Virus record (IMG/VR): IMGVR_UViG_3300020034_000014
Coordinates: 1 to 58,579 of that record
Length of the DNA: 58,579 nt
Direction: 5' to 3' (one strand)
From: a virus
Taxonomy: Duplodnaviria; Caudoviricetes
Translations under genes and position numbers: made by a program
Shown here: positions 57,316-58,579 of the stretch, piece by piece
Numbering within the stretch: the first letter of the stretch is position 1
How the letters are laid out: every line of letters begins with the position of its first letter
Notes under the pieces: model-generated
What the model was told of the DNA's origin: nothing
What the model saw: the letters and a program-made list of their open reading frames with translations, nothing else
Databases searched by the model: none

Positions 57316-58063
57316 TGCTTAATTTCTCCGGTTCGTCGGCGTCTTCCGCAAGTAAATCTTTATACATATCTTCGCGCAAAGAATCTAGCCGTTGCTCTAT
57401 TGATTTTAAAAAATCCGGCTTCGCGCCGCAGTCACGCTCTAAAATATCCGGTAACGTGTCGCAGAATTGCGCAAAAAGTTTGGCGACTGCCGCTAAGCGT
57501 TTTTCAACACCGGCAATCGGCACAAGTTGCCCACTCGACACCATGAGTTTCAAGCGATCATTTTCCGCCTGATAGTGTGCCTTGCGTTTCAGCGGATCAA
57601 GCTTATCAATATCTAATTTGCCTTCGTCATCACCAAGCATCACCGCAATAATTAAATCGCGTAGGCGGTAGACAGTCACGCCCAAAGTATTTACGCGACC
57701 TTTGATGCCGGATTTTCGCGCACGTATTATTGTTGTTTGCGGATCAACATTAGATTCCTTCGCAAATTGCGCTGTGCCCATCAAAATAACGCCATCTTCC
57801 AACATCAATGTGTTAGGCGTGCCCCGCATTTTTGCATTGCGATCTTTCGCCGCTGAATCTAACGGCGTGCGCTCACGATGCACGCCCAACACCGAATCTA
57901 TAAGTTTGTCTTGCCGCTTTAATCTTTTCTCACTGCGCGATGTAACGGGTTTCGCATTTTTCGCACGCACGGATTTTTTAATTGTGTCTTCAAGTTTCGC
58001 GCTGGCGCGTGCGCGCTTAAATAGCGTGGAAAAATCTTCGTTAGTTTCGGATGTTGCTGCCAT
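57278..58063 (-). CDS. Terminase small subunit (Nu1/DUF1441-like)
   Basis: RKAHYQAENDRLKL..DTLPDILERDCG; upstream of TerL. Confidence 0.85.
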   Translation of the reverse strand: MAATSETNEDFSTLFKRARASAKLEDTIKKSVRAKNAKPVTSRSEKRLKRQDKLIDSVLGVHRERTPLDSAAKDRNAKMRGTPNTLMLEDGVILMGTAQFAKESNVDPQTTIIRARKSGIKGRVNTLGVTVYRLRDLIIAVMLGDDEGKLDIDKLDPLKRKAHYQAENDRLKLMVSSGQLVPIAGVEKRLAAVAKLFAQFCDTLPDILERDCGAKPDFLKSIEQRLDSLREDMYKDLLAEDADEPEKLSNDDTNGGKGQKD

Positions 58064-58087
58064 AGGTATCTGAGAAAAAGCAATAGT

Positions 58088-58489
58088 CTATACCCTACTG
58101 ACTATGCCCCAATAATACCAAAATGAAAGAGAAAAATTATCGGCAGGTATGGCCGACCCGCGTTTTCGATTGCAACTAAAACAAACCGGCTCTACAGCGA
58201 GAGGTTTATTATAGTCGCGATGCTCCCATACATGCGCCGATTTACCACAATCGGCGCATTTATATTTAGACGCTTTTTGTCGATAGCCCTTGCGCACTTG
58301 CCGACTAATTATATTAGTAGCTACCCGGCCACCGGCAATACGATTAGCACCAATATTCCCAATGCGTTGGCGCTCAGAAAGACACACTAAGCAATAACGA
58401 CTTGTTTTAAAACGAGCGTTTGGCCTGTGGCATGCGTAACAACATTTTATTTTTATATACCCGCGTGAATTGTTGATCCTTTGTGCCAT
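58088..58489 (-). CDS. HNH-like endonuclease
   Basis: CADCG..EHRDYNKPL..VCFSCN; between the genome end and TerS. Confidence 0.7.
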   Translation of the reverse strand: MAQRINNSRGYIKIKCCYACHRPNARFKTSRYCLVCLSERQRIGNIGANRIAGGRVATNIISRQVRKGYRQKASKYKCADCGKSAHVWEHRDYNKPLAVEPVCFSCNRKRGSAIPADNFSLSFWYYWGIVSRV

Positions 58490-58567
58490 ATAGGATTTCT
58501 ATCGAAAATGAAAAGTTAATAGTATCTCTTGCATTGCTGTGAAATTTTTTTAGCAAAAATTTACGAG

Positions 58568-58579
58568 CGCCTAATTACC
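58568..58579. repeat. 12-nt terminal direct repeat, right copy (probable cos end)
   Basis: Identical to positions 1-12. Confidence 0.8.

Noticed and set aside
1-58579. Integrase, repressor, reverse transcriptase/DGR, introns or inteins
   Set aside because: No matching motifs seen; Pol, TerL and helicase are of normal length and uninterrupted

Overview
The window appears to be a complete ~58.6 kb tailed dsDNA phage genome with a lambda-like head and a long non-contractile tail. Its layout resembles Chi-like/Casjensviridae phages. It is bounded by a 12-nt terminal repeat (CGCCTAATTACC) that looks like a cos end. The + strand (4.5-26.7 kb) carries early and replication genes: DUF2800 nuclease, DUF2815 SSB, family A DNA polymerase, VRR-NUC, SNF2 helicase, tRNA-Arg(TCT) and many small ORFs behind a repeated promoter/operator module. 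The - strand carries a primase-helicase and the late operon (HNH, TerS, TerL, gpW, portal, S49 protease/scaffold, decoration, capsid, tail, holin-like genes). I recognised no integrase, repressor, endolysin or CRISPR array. The strongest candidate for a new system is a six-gene, translationally coupled glycosyltransferase/methyltransferase cassette between the tail terminator and the tail tube gene, a possible virion glycosylation pathway using LPS/capsule-type enzymes. Second is a stand-alone copy of the primase-helicase C-terminal winged helix lying next to iteron-like repeats. All family assignments are by eye from motifs and gene order; no searches were run.
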